From: Polyangiales bacterium
GTDB lineage: Bacteria; Myxococcota_A; Polyangia; Polyangiales; Polyangiaceae
NCBI GenBank assembly: GCA_038231275.1
Contig: JBBRLQ010000014.1
Location: forward strand, 128,001 to 192,000
Direction: 5' to 3'
Length of the DNA: 64,000 nt
Each line of letters opens with the position of its first letter. Position 1 is the stretch's first letter. This document shows, one piece after another, positions 19,774-30,804 of this stretch. Under the pieces are notes generated by a model. That model saw only the letters and a program-made list of their open reading frames with translations. It made no database searches and was not told the origin of the DNA. Both the position numbers and the translations under genes were made by a program.

Positions 19774-20613
19774 GTGCGACGCGTCGCCGCCCTCCTCCTC
19801 TTCTCTTTGCCGTCGGCCGCCGCCGCGATCGTCCTCGCGTGCGGCTCGAGCGGCAACGGGAGCGGCTTCGGCGACGGCAACGGGAACGACGCGAGCGGGG
19901 GCGGCGACACCGGCGCGCTCGACGGATCGGCGACGACCGAGGGCGGGCTCGATTTCGGGGACGTGCATGTCGTCGACGCCGGCGGGGACTGCGCGCCCAA
20001 CGCGACCGGCGTGCTCCGCGATTTTCACGACACGCACCCCGACTTCGAAAAATTCCTCGGCGACGATCACGGCATCGTGAAGCCCGATCTCGGCGCCGAC
20101 GGCAAGCCGGTTTACGCGCCCGCTGGCACCAGCCCGACCACAACCGGCAAGGCCGATTTCGATCAGTGGTACCGCGACGTCGCGGGCGTCAACGTGCGCT
20201 CGCTCTTCACCATCCCGTTCGCGCAGAACGACGCCGGCATCTCCTCGTACGACAACGCCGCCTTCTTCCCGCTCGACAACCAGGGCTTCGGCAACGAAGG
20301 GCGGAACCACAATTTCCACTTCACGTTCGAGCTCCACACCGAGTTCGTCTACAAAGGCGGCGAGATCTTCACGTTCGTGGGAGACGACGACGTCTTCACC
20401 TTCGTGAACGGCAAGCTCGCGATCGATCTCGGCGGCGTGCACGGCGCCGAGACGATGAGCGTCGATCTCGATCAGAGCGCGGGCGCGCTCGGGATCGTGA
20501 AGGGGCAGAAGTATCCGCTCGACGTGTTCCAGGCGGAGCGCCATACGAGCGAGTCGCACTTCCGTATCGACACGACGATCCAATTCACCAACTGCACGCC
20601 GATCATCAAGTGA
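19774..20613 (+). CDS. Fibro-slime domain (PA14-like) lipoprotein
   Basis: Lipobox VLAC; RDF..HPDFE, FDQWYRD, FFPLD, HNFHFT, FTFVGDDDVFTFVNGKLAIDLGGVH, FQAERHT. Confidence 0.9.
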   Translation: MRRVAALLLFSLPSAAAAIVLACGSSGNGSGFGDGNGNDASGGGDTGALDGSATTEGGLDFGDVHVVDAGGDCAPNATGVLRDFHDTHPDFEKFLGDDHGIVKPDLGADGKPVYAPAGTSPTTTGKADFDQWYRDVAGVNVRSLFTIPFAQNDAGISSYDNAAFFPLDNQGFGNEGRNHNFHFTFELHTEFVYKGGEIFTFVGDDDVFTFVNGKLAIDLGGVHGAETMSVDLDQSAGALGIVKGQKYPLDVFQAERHTSESHFRIDTTIQFTNCTPIIK

Positions 20614-20649
20614 CGGCGCGACCCTTCGTGGCTCGCGCCGTCCTTCGCG

Positions 20650-20859
20650 TCATCGTTCTCGCGCGCGCTTGATCTCCTCGCGGGACGGGCGCACCTCCGG
20701 GCCACCCGTGTCGCCAGGGAGGATGAGCGCGATGACGATCTCGCCGCGCGCGTTGATCTTGTCGAGCACGCGCGGGCGCGCGACGCCCTTCGCGCGCGCG
20801 AGCTCGGTGATCTGGGACTTCAGGGCGTTGACGAGGAGGTTCATTCCAAAACTGTTCAT
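20650..20859 (-). CDS. Small hypothetical protein (69 aa)
   Basis: MNSFGMNLLVNALKSQITELARAKG...; nearly all third codon positions G/C after the first few codons; fills the intergenic gap. Confidence 0.65.
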   Translation of the reverse strand: MNSFGMNLLVNALKSQITELARAKGVARPRVLDKINARGEIVIALILPGDTGGPEVRPSREEIKRARER

Positions 20860-21022
20860 GCGTTCAGTGTCGGCGTCAACGGTCGCCGGTTTGCGGTAGG
20901 GGGCGGGGTGGGAAAGAGCCGGGAATTGTCGTCGGATAGGCGACGAATCGGTCGCGACGACGCTCCTTCTTCTTCCGTCGGCCGGCGATCGCACGCGACA
21001 GTGCGCGCCGCCGGGAGGTCGC

Positions 21023-22093
21023 ATGCTTCGTTCGTCGAGGTTCACGCTCCGCATCGTGCTCGCTGGATCCGCCGTCGCCGCGTTCGTCGCGTGCGGCGGG
21101 GCAGGGGACGAGCCGGTCGACGACGGCACCTCCGCGCTGTGCGGCACGTCCGACGAGTGCGAGGCGCGCAGGCGACGCGACGCCGGCGCGAAGGACGCCG
21201 CGCACGACGCGCACGACGCGGCGACCCATGACGCGGCGACCCATGACGCCGGCCCTGGCGCGATCAAGACGGTGTGGCTCGTCCTCATGGAGAACCACAA
21301 TTTCTCCAGCATCGTCGGCAGCTCGTCGGCGCCCTACATCAACGGGACGCTCCTCGCGAAGGGCGCGCACGCCACCGCCTACGTGAACCTCCCGAACATC
21401 CACCCAAGCGAGCCAAATTACCTCTGGCTCGAAGCGGGCGACAACTTCGGCATCACCAACGACAACGCGCCGTCGCAAAACCACCAATCGACGACCAGCC
21501 ACCTCACCACGCTGCTCGAGCAGGCGGGTGTCTCGTGGAAGGCATACGCCGAGGGCATCGACGGATCGACGTGCCCGCTCACGAACAGCGGCCTCTACGC
21601 GCCGAAGCACCTGCCGTTCGTCTTTTTCGACGACGTCACCGCGAACAACTCCACGTCGAGCGCGCGCTGCATCCAGCACGTCCGTCCGTTCAGCGAGCTC
21701 GCGGGCGATCTGTCGAGCGGAGCGGTCGCCGCCTACAACTTCATCACGCCGGACCTGTGCGACGACATGCACAACACGCTCGGCTGCACGACGACCGACT
21801 CGGTGAAGAACGGCGACACCTGGCTCTCCAAGAACCTCCCCAAGATCATGGCGTCGAAGGCCTACGCCGACGGTGGCGCCATCTTCGTCACCTGGGACGA
21901 GAGCGAGGGCGGCGACTTCCCCATCGGCATGATCGTGATGTCTCCGCTGGCGAAGCCGGGATACGCCAATAGTGTGCACTACACGCATAGCTCCACGCTG
22001 CGGACGATGCAGACCATCTTCGGGGTGGGGCCGTTGCTTCGCGGCGCCGCGAAGGCGACCGATCTCGGCGATCTCTTCACGACGTTTCCCTGA
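21023..22093 (+). CDS. Phosphoesterase family (acid phosphatase/phospholipase C-like) lipoprotein
   Basis: GGAGG RBS, lipobox FVAC; VLMENH, HPSEPNY, YAPKHLPF, PDLCDDMH, TWDE, YTHSSTLRT. Confidence 0.88.
   Translation: MLRSSRFTLRIVLAGSAVAAFVACGGAGDEPVDDGTSALCGTSDECEARRRRDAGAKDAAHDAHDAATHDAATHDAGPGAIKTVWLVLMENHNFSSIVGSSSAPYINGTLLAKGAHATAYVNLPNIHPSEPNYLWLEAGDNFGITNDNAPSQNHQSTTSHLTTLLEQAGVSWKAYAEGIDGSTCPLTNSGLYAPKHLPFVFFDDVTANNSTSSARCIQHVRPFSELAGDLSSGAVAAYNFITPDLCDDMHNTLGCTTTDSVKNGDTWLSKNLPKIMASKAYADGGAIFVTWDESEGGDFPIGMIVMSPLAKPGYANSVHYTHSSTLRTMQTIFGVGPLLRGAAKATDLGDLFTTFP
21200..21250 (+). repeat. In-frame tandem repeats encoding an AHD/AATHD linker
   Basis: gcgcacgac x2 followed by gcggcgacccatgac x2. 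Confidence 0.75.
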
Positions 22094-22107
22094 TAAACTG
22101 CCTGTAA

Positions 22108-22446
22108 ATGGCAGGGCAGAGGACACCCGCGTACTACCGGGTCGTGGTCGACGTGGAGCCCCGCCTGGCGCAGCACTGGTTGGCGTGGATGCTCGACGAG
22201 CACATCCCCGACGTCCTCAAGCAGCCCGGCTTCATGCACGCGCTCGTCCTTCGTGATCTGGAGACGGAGTCGCGCTTCGTCGTCGAGTACATCCTCGTCG
22301 ATCGCGACGCCCTCGACGCGTACCTGAACGGTGACGCCATCGTGGATCTCCGCGCCGCGCACGACAACCGCTACGCCGGCAAGGTGAGGACGCAGCGGCA
22401 GGTGCTCGAGCCCCTCGCCGAGATCGCCGTCCGCCGCGACGGCTGA
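22108..22446 (+). CDS. DUF4286 family protein
   Basis: WLAWMLDEHIPDVL..PGF, LDAYL...LRA...RY pattern. Confidence 0.75.
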   Translation: MAGQRTPAYYRVVVDVEPRLAQHWLAWMLDEHIPDVLKQPGFMHALVLRDLETESRFVVEYILVDRDALDAYLNGDAIVDLRAAHDNRYAGKVRTQRQVLEPLAEIAVRRDG

Positions 22447-22488
22447 TTTCGAGGCGACGCCGCCAAGCTGTGGCAAGATCGGCCGCGC

Positions 22489-24552
22489 ATGGCCAACGCG
22501 GATCCCTTGGCGCTCGTCGGAACGACGATCGCGGGCAAGTACGCGATCGAGAGCGTCGTCGGCGAGGGCGGGTTCGCGGTCGTTTATCGGGCGCAGCACC
22601 AGCTGTGGAAGCGCCCCGTCGCGGTGAAGGTGTTCAAAGCTCTGGGCGACGTGCCCGAAGCCGATCGCGCGAAGCTCCTCGACGAGTTCGTCCGCGAGGG
22701 CGCGCTGCTCGCGGAGCTCAGCGAGCGCTCGGCGGCGATCGTTCAGGCGCGCGACGTCGGCACGATCACGACGGCCAAGGGCGAAGAGCTCCCGTACATG
22801 GTGCTCGAGTGGCTCGAGGGAGCGTCGCTCGAGACGGTGCTGGCGGACGAACGGACGCGCGAGCTCGCGCCGCGGACAATCGAAGAGGCCATTCGGCTGC
22901 TCGATCCGGTCGCCGAGGCGCTGGCGCTCGCCCACGCGCGCGGCATCGCGCACCGCGACGTGAAGCCGGCCAACGTGTTCGTGCTCGGCGATCCGCGCGC
23001 CGCGACGCCGGCGGTGAAGCTCCTCGACTTCGGGATCGCGAAGGTCGTGCAAGACGCGCAGAAAATGGCCGGCGCGTTCAGCAAGACGGCCGGGCAGATC
23101 ACGAGCTTTACGCCGGCGTACGGCGCGCCCGAGCAGTTCAACCGCCAACACGGCGCGACGGGGCCGTGGACCGACGTGTTCGCGCTCGCGCTCGTCTTCA
23201 TCGAGGTGCTGACCGCGAGGGAGGCGCTCGCGGGGGACAATCTGATGCAGCTGGCGTTCGCGTCGGCCGACAAGACGCGGAGGCCGACGCCGCGCACGTG
23301 TGGCGCGCACGTCAGCGATGAAGTCGAGGCCGTTCTCGCGCGCGCGGTCGCCCTCGCGCCGAGCGATCGCCAGCAAGATGCGGGTCAGCTGTGGAGCGAG
23401 CTCCGCGAGGCGACGAACATGGCGGTGAAGTCGGCGTCGACCGCCACCACCGGTCGAAACGTCGCGTTCGCCGCGACGCAGCCGCTCCCCGCCGTCCAGG
23501 CGCTCGCCGCCGCGAAGACCACGCGCGATCCCGTGTCCTCTCCGGTCGCGAGCGTTCGACCGGGTGCGGATCCTCCCCTGTCGTCGACCGGGCTTCCGAT
23601 GGCGCCAATCGCCATCGCGCTCGGGCTCCTGGTGGCCGCCGGCGCGGGCGCGTTCGTCCTGACCCAGCGCGCGCACCGCACCCCGAGCATCGCGCCGACG
23701 CCGAGCGCTTCGGTCGCGGCCGTCGCGTCGCCACCGCTCGCGGACGCCGCCGGCGCGTGCCCGCCGGGCATGACGCGCATCCCCGGCGGCCAGTATTTCA
23801 TGGGCTCTGAGGAGCGTGACGCCGTCGAGAACGAGAAGCCCGTCCACCAGGTGACGCTCGCGCCGTTCTGCATCGACACGTTCGAGGTCACCGTCGAGCG
23901 CTACAACGCCTGCCGCGACGTCGGCGCGTGCAAGAAGGCGACGTTCAACGCGTGGCCGGCCCTCGGCGACAAGGAGCGCGCGATCTTCGATCCGCTCTGC
24001 AACGCCGCCGCGGGGGAGAAGCTCGCCAAGCATCCCGTCAACTGCATCGACTGGGAGATGGCCGAGCACTACTGCGCGACCGTCGGCGCGCGCCTGCCGA
24101 CCGAGGCGGAGTGGGAGTTCGCCGCGCGTGGCCCCGACGGCCGCAAATACCCGTGGGGCGACGATCCGCCGTCTGCCGATCTCTTGAACGCGTGCGGCAC
24201 CGAGTGCGTCGCCTGGGGCAAAGCTCACGGCCAGACGCTCGAGCCCATGTACGCGGCGGACGATCACTTCGCCACCACGTCGCCGGTCGGCTCGTTCCAC
24301 AAGGGCCGATCGCGCTACGAGGTTGAGGACGTCGTCGGCAACGTCTGGGAGTGGGTCTCCGACTGGTACGCCCCGTACGTCACCACCGCGGCGGACGCGC
24401 CGAAGGGGCCCAAAGACGGCACCGAGCGCGTCATCCGTGGCGGCGCGTGGAACGGCACGAAGGCGTCGTGGGTGCGGCCGACGTTCCGCTTCAAGGACGA
24501 GCCCGCCAAGCGGAGCTACGGCATCGGCGTCCGCTGCGCGCGTTCGCTCTAA
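22489..24552 (+). CDS. Ser/Thr protein kinase with TM helix and C-terminal FGE-sulfatase (C-type lectin fold) domain, paralog 1
   Basis: GEGGFAVVY, VAVK, HRDVKPAN, DFG, APE; TM IAIALGLLVAAGAGAFVL; RLPTEAEWEFAARG, GNVWEW, RGGAW, IGVRC. Confidence 0.93.
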   Translation: MANADPLALVGTTIAGKYAIESVVGEGGFAVVYRAQHQLWKRPVAVKVFKALGDVPEADRAKLLDEFVREGALLAELSERSAAIVQARDVGTITTAKGEELPYMVLEWLEGASLETVLADERTRELAPRTIEEAIRLLDPVAEALALAHARGIAHRDVKPANVFVLGDPRAATPAVKLLDFGIAKVVQDAQKMAGAFSKTAGQITSFTPAYGAPEQFNRQHGATGPWTDVFALALVFIEVLTAREALAGDNLMQLAFASADKTRRPTPRTCGAHVSDEVEAVLARAVALAPSDRQQDAGQLWSELREATNMAVKSASTATTGRNVAFAATQPLPAVQALAAAKTTRDPVSSPVASVRPGADPPLSSTGLPMAPIAIALGLLVAAGAGAFVLTQRAHRTPSIAPTPSASVAAVASPPLADAAGACPPGMTRIPGGQYFMGSEERDAVENEKPVHQVTLAPFCIDTFEVTVERYNACRDVGACKKATFNAWPALGDKERAIFDPLCNAAAGEKLAKHPVNCIDWEMAEHYCATVGARLPTEAEWEFAARGPDGRKYPWGDDPPSADLLNACGTECVAWGKAHGQTLEPMYAADDHFATTSPVGSFHKGRSRYEVEDVVGNVWEWVSDWYAPYVTTAADAPKGPKDGTERVIRGGAWNGTKASWVRPTFRFKDEPAKRSYGIGVRCARSL

Positions 24553-24573
24553 GCGGACGCGAGCCGAGCGACC

Positions 24574-25707
24574 TCAGTTTCCGCCGGTGCAGCAGACGAT
24601 CTGCGGGTTCACGAACGCGGCGCTGCCGCCGGTGACGACGGGCTTGTTCTGAACGGAGCAACCGCTCGGCGTGTCGAGCGTGTACGCGCGCGCCGTGAAG
24701 GCGCTGTTGGCGTTCGTTTGGCAGGTCCCGTCGAACGTTTGGCGGAGCTTGTAGACGGCGTTGCACGTGTCGGTGTCGTACATCCGAATCGTGCCCGTGC
24801 ACGATGCGGGCGCCGCGCACGTGGCCTGCGAGCACACGCGCGTGTCGTTCAACGAATCGCCGACGAGGTACGCGATGGAGTAGGGGGACGCCGACGGGCA
24901 AGCGGCCGCGCCTGCTTGCATGATGCATGAGCCCGGTCCGTTGTCGTTGCCGGGCGGAAGGCACACGCCGGTCCCGCCGCCGAAGAACGTGCACGTGCTG
25001 CCCGCGATCGCGCCGGAGCACGCCTCGCCGGATTGACCGCCGGCGCTGATCGGCGTCGCGGGTTGCGCATTGCATGCGGGCGGGGCCGCGGGCGCCGTCA
25101 CCTTGATCGTCGTCGAAGCGATCACCGAGACCACGGTCCCGAGGGTGCTGCAGTTCTGACCGGCGTTCGCGCTGAACGTGGCTCCGTTGCACGCGCCGCC
25201 GCCGCCGAGCCCGACCGCGTACGTGCCCGTGCCGCACGTGTCGACGCTCGGCGAGCATCCGCTCTGGCAAATGACGCTCGACGGCGATGCGGTCGCCAGG
25301 AGCTTTTGCGTCGGATAAGCAGACGGGCACGCCGGGCGGCTCTGCGAGCTGAACCACACTGGCGTCCACCCACTCGGTACCGGCGGCGTGCAGCTCTGCC
25401 CGCTTGGGCATCCGGTGGACGGCGCGTCGGTACCCGTGTCGCCTCCGCTGCTACCGCTCGAACCACTCGTTCCGCTGCTGCCGCTGCTGCCGCTGCTGCC
25501 GCTGCTGCCGCTGCTGCCGCTGGTCCCGCCCGACGCGCCGCTCGTTCCGCTCGACGTACCGCTGGAGCTCCCGCTGGTCCCGCTCGAGCCCCCTCCGTCG
25601 CCCGGCTGGTCGGGTGCGACCGTCAGATCGCTCAGCCCAGACACGAGACCGCAGCCGCCGAGTGCCGTCGCCACCACGGCCACGCGAAGAGACCCTCTGG
25701 CCCGCAT
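24574..25707 (-). CDS. Cys-rich lipoprotein with Gly/Ser linker
   Basis: Lipobox LGGC, (SSG)n linker, many Cys, ending IVCCTGGN. Confidence 0.75.
   Translation of the reverse strand: MRARGSLRVAVVATALGGCGLVSGLSDLTVAPDQPGDGGGSSGTSGSSSGTSSGTSGASGGTSGSSGSSGSSGSSGSSGTSGSSGSSGGDTGTDAPSTGCPSGQSCTPPVPSGWTPVWFSSQSRPACPSAYPTQKLLATASPSSVICQSGCSPSVDTCGTGTYAVGLGGGGACNGATFSANAGQNCSTLGTVVSVIASTTIKVTAPAAPPACNAQPATPISAGGQSGEACSGAIAGSTCTFFGGGTGVCLPPGNDNGPGSCIMQAGAAACPSASPYSIAYLVGDSLNDTRVCSQATCAAPASCTGTIRMYDTDTCNAVYKLRQTFDGTCQTNANSAFTARAYTLDTPSGCSVQNKPVVTGGSAAFVNPQIVCCTGGN
25472..25516. repeat. 9-bp tandem repeat (ccgctgctg x5) encoding (SSG)n on the minus strand
   Basis: Five perfect copies with degenerate flanking copies. 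Confidence 0.9.
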
Positions 25708-25800
25708 CTTCGTAGTGTCTGCGGTTCTCGTGCCCCGCGCAACTCCGCGGCGGGGCGACATGGCGGTCGCTGTCACACCTCAGGTACCCGAAACGACCTG

Positions 25801-25827
25801 GGAAACCAGGTGACCCCGTCGTCCGTA
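25801..25827 (+). promoter_or_regulatory. Candidate ECF sigma promoter upstream of kinase paralog 2
   Basis: GGAAAC-N17-CGTA, overlapping the inverted repeat ACCTGG-GAAA-CCAGGT (25796-25811). Confidence 0.35.
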
Positions 25828-25929
25828 GCACCCGTCACGGAACCTCATTCCGGTGCGCCGGTCGCCGCAAAATGCGCGTGCTCTGTGCATCCGGGACTAT
25901 CCTTTCATCGAACACACCCTCGAGACCCG

Positions 25930-27996
25930 ATGACTCCTTTGCGCGACCCCCTCAACCTCGTCGGAACGACCATCGCGGACAAGTACCGCGTGGAGAGCGT
26001 CGTCGGCGAAGGCGGCTTCGCCATCGTCTACCGGGCGATGCACCTCGTGTGGAAGCGGCCGGTTGCCATCAAGGCGTTCCGCGCGCTCGGCGACTTCAGC
26101 GAGGAGCGACGCGCGCAGCTCATCGACGCGTTCATCCAAGAGGGCGCGCTGCTCGGCGAGCTGAGCGAGCGCTCGGCGGCGATCGTCCAAGCGCGCGACG
26201 TCGGCACCATCACGACGCCCGACGGGCAGTGGATGCCGTACATGGTCCTCGAGTGGCTCGAGGGCGGCACGCTCGACGCGGTGCTCGACGCGGAGCGCGC
26301 GAAGGGCGCGCCCCTCCGCGACGCCGAGCAGGCGATGATCCTCCTCGAGCCGGTGGCCGAAGCGCTCGGCCTCGCGCACGAGAAGGGCATTGCGCACCGC
26401 GACGTGAAGCCGGCAAACGTGTTCATCCTCGGCGACGCGCGCAAGAGCGGCGTCGGCATCAAGCTCCTCGACTTCGGCATCGCCAAGGTCGTGCAGGACG
26501 CGCAGAAGATGGCCGGCTCGTTCAACCAGACCGGCGGCCACATCACGAGCTTCACGCCGGCGTACGGCGCGCCCGAGCAGTTCTCGCGCTCGTACGGCGC
26601 GACGGGCCCGTGGACGGACGTCTTCGCGCTCGCGCTGATTTTCAGCGAGATCGTGAGCGGGCGCGCCGCGATTGACGGCGGTTCGCTGACCGAGCTCGCG
26701 TACGCCAGCTGCGACAAGACGCGGCGCCCGACACCGCGCGCGCTCGGCGCCAACGTGTCCGACGAGGTCGAGCGCGTGCTCGCCTCCGCGCTCGCCGTTG
26801 CGCCGACCGAGCGTTACCCGTCCGCCGGCGATTTCTGGCGCGCGCTGCGTGCGGCGGTGCGTCCGTCGGGCCTCACGCGCACGGCGATCGCGCCTTCGGG
26901 TTCGATGTCGGCGTCTATGTCCGGCCCGATGTCGGCTCCGATGTCCGCTCCCGCGCCGAGCCGGCCGCTGACCACCGTCGAGACGATGGACCCGGCGATG
27001 ACGTCGCGTCGCGCGAACAAGGGCGCGACGGGCGCGATCCTCGCGGGCGCGGGCTTCGCGGCGGTCGTCGCCCTCGGCATCGGCGCGTTCCTCTTCACGC
27101 GCCACCCGTCACGCGCGCCGTCCGGGCCGGTCGCGTCCGTCACCGCGCCCGTCTCCGCGAGCGCGCCGGTCACCTCGGCGAGCCCGCCTCCCGCCGTCGT
27201 CGCCTGCCCCGCGGGAATGATCCGCATCCCCGGCGGCCGCTTCTTCATGGGCTCCGACGAGCGCGACGCCTTGGACCTCGAGCGCCCCGCGCATCAAGTC
27301 ACGCTGAAGGCGTATTGCATGGACGAGCTCGAGGTGACCGTCGACCAGTACAAGCGCTGCAGCGATCAAGGCGAGTGCAAGCGCGCACGCGACAACGAGT
27401 GGGAGGGGATCACCGAGAAGGAGCGCAAGGCCTTCGACCCGCTCTGCAACGGCCGCGATCCCGACGCGAAGGGGAAGTACCCGATCAACTGCGTCGATTG
27501 GGACATGGCCACCCGCTACTGCGGCTGGCAGAAGCGCCGACTCCCCACCGAGGCCGAGTGGGAGTTCTCCGCGCGCGGCCCCGACGGCCGAAAATACCCG
27601 TGGGGCGACGAGGCGCCGACCGCCGCTCACTTGAACGCGTGCGGCAAGGAGTGCGTCGCGTGGAACAAGTCGCACGGCATGGCCGGCAAGGCCATGTACG
27701 ACGCGGACGACGGCTTCCCGACGACGGCCCCCGTTGGGTCGTTCTCGCCTGGAAAATCCCGATACGGCGTTCAAGACGTGGTCGGCAACGTGTGGGAGTG
27801 GACGAGCGACTGGCACGCCGACTACACCGTCGATGCCAGCGTCGATCCCAAAGGCCCACAGAAGGGTGACGATCGCGTGATCCGCGGCGGCGGGTGGAAC
27901 GGCAGCGAGACGGCGTGGGTGCGCCCGACGTTCCGCTACCACGACGTCCCGACCAAGCGCAGCCACGGCATCGGCTTCCGCTGCGCTGTGGATTGA
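25930..27996 (+). CDS. Ser/Thr protein kinase with TM helix and C-terminal FGE-sulfatase domain, paralog 2
   Basis: Start MTPLRDPLNLVG chosen by alignment to paralog 1; same kinase and FGE motifs. Confidence 0.93.
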   Translation: MTPLRDPLNLVGTTIADKYRVESVVGEGGFAIVYRAMHLVWKRPVAIKAFRALGDFSEERRAQLIDAFIQEGALLGELSERSAAIVQARDVGTITTPDGQWMPYMVLEWLEGGTLDAVLDAERAKGAPLRDAEQAMILLEPVAEALGLAHEKGIAHRDVKPANVFILGDARKSGVGIKLLDFGIAKVVQDAQKMAGSFNQTGGHITSFTPAYGAPEQFSRSYGATGPWTDVFALALIFSEIVSGRAAIDGGSLTELAYASCDKTRRPTPRALGANVSDEVERVLASALAVAPTERYPSAGDFWRALRAAVRPSGLTRTAIAPSGSMSASMSGPMSAPMSAPAPSRPLTTVETMDPAMTSRRANKGATGAILAGAGFAAVVALGIGAFLFTRHPSRAPSGPVASVTAPVSASAPVTSASPPPAVVACPAGMIRIPGGRFFMGSDERDALDLERPAHQVTLKAYCMDELEVTVDQYKRCSDQGECKRARDNEWEGITEKERKAFDPLCNGRDPDAKGKYPINCVDWDMATRYCGWQKRRLPTEAEWEFSARGPDGRKYPWGDEAPTAAHLNACGKECVAWNKSHGMAGKAMYDADDGFPTTAPVGSFSPGKSRYGVQDVVGNVWEWTSDWHADYTVDASVDPKGPQKGDDRVIRGGGWNGSETAWVRPTFRYHDVPTKRSHGIGFRCAVD

Positions 27997-28002
27997 GCCC
28001 GT

Positions 28003-28383
28003 TTACAGGGTCGCCTTCGCCGCCTTCTTCACCGCGGCCTCGAGCTTGCGCCTCGCGAGCGCGCAACGCGTCGCGCTCGGCCCGTGGCACGCCTCGGTGC
28101 GCTTCGCCAGCGCCGCCTGCACGCCGAGATCCGTCGACAGCATGTCGCGGATGACCGGATTGATCATCTCCCAATCGAGCACCTCGCGGGGCGACGCGGC
28201 CGTTCCGATGCAGCGCGGCTCGGGCGTGATCGCGGCGGCCACCAGCGCCGTCGCGGCGGGCGGCGCGGTCTGAGGGACTGGCGGCGCGGACACGATCTTC
28301 GTCGGAGTCGCGGGCACAGCCGCGCATCCGCCGAGGAAGGACGCGATGGCGAGGACGACGAGGGACGCGGGGATCGTGCGCAA
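28003..28383 (-). CDS. Small lipoprotein (126 aa)
   Basis: GGAGG-ccacc-TTG start; MRTIPASLVVLAIASFLGGC lipobox. Confidence 0.7.
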   Translation of the reverse strand: MRTIPASLVVLAIASFLGGCAAVPATPTKIVSAPPVPQTAPPAATALVAAAITPEPRCIGTAASPREVLDWEMINPVIRDMLSTDLGVQAALAKRTEACHGPSATRCALARRKLEAAVKKAAKATL

Positions 28384-28448
28384 GGTGGCCTCCAAGTTTC
28401 GTGGAGTGGAGAAGAGAGGCCGACGGGGCCCCTTCGTTGTCTCCCAGC

Positions 28449-28464
28449 AGCAAACGTCGTGCCG
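28449..28464 (-). promoter_or_regulatory. Sigma54 promoter of the small lipoprotein gene
   Basis: Minus strand CGGCACG-ACGT-TTGCT, GG-N10-GC. Confidence 0.75.
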
Positions 28465-28517
28465 CGAAGAGGTGACGGGATCCTGCCGAAAACGCTGCCT
28501 TCGTACGGCATTTCGAC

Positions 28518-28557
28518 TGTCCCAGGCGCCGGTCACCGGTGTCCACGTGTTGGGACA
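28518..28557. promoter_or_regulatory. Tandem palindromic enhancer-like (UAS) sites
   Basis: TGTCC-N8-GGTCA (28518-28535) and TGTCC-N8-GGACA (28540-28557), 22-bp period, about 90 and 110 bp upstream of the predicted sigma54 start site. Confidence 0.65.
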
Positions 28558-28578
28558 CGGACGGATCGCGGCTGCCGC

Positions 28579-28722
28579 TCAGATGTCGTCGAAACAGACC
28601 TCGATCCAGGTGTCCCGAAGCTGCTCATCCCGAAGAGTTACCGGCTCGGGCTCATCGACGTCGAACGCGAGCGGATCATGGGCTTTCATCTGCAGGGTCG
28701 CGCGGTCGTCGTCGTGGTTCAT
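28579..28722 (-). CDS. Candidate 47-aa acidic peptide (not in the ORF track)
   Basis: MNHDDDRATLQMKAHDPLAFDVDEPEPVTLRDEQLRDTWIEVCFDDI*; mostly G/C third positions; sigma54-like motif upstream. Confidence 0.5.
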   Translation of the reverse strand: MNHDDDRATLQMKAHDPLAFDVDEPEPVTLRDEQLRDTWIEVCFDDI

Positions 28723-28734
28723 GCGGCCCTGAAG

Positions 28735-28750
28735 AGCACGCCGCGTGCCG
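28735..28750 (-). promoter_or_regulatory. Candidate sigma54 promoter of the 47-aa peptide
   Basis: Minus strand CGGCACG-CGGC-GTGCT, GG-N10-GC, with ATG 13 nt after the GC. Confidence 0.55.
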
Positions 28751-28814
28751 GTAGAACGATCGCGCCGCCGCGGCGAGCCGGGTGCAGGGTTTTCCCCCGC
28801 CGCAATCGTGCTAA

Positions 28815-30787
<1,973 letters not shown>

Positions 30788-30804
30788 TGTATGTTCGAAG
30801 GTAG

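Noticed and set aside
24420..27996. Diversity-generating retroelement targeting the FGE/C-type lectin C-termini of the two kinases
   Set aside because: No reverse transcriptase or template repeat in the window; the two 3' ends differ by many synonymous G/C third-position changes, which fits ordinary paralog divergence rather than adenine-specific mutagenesis
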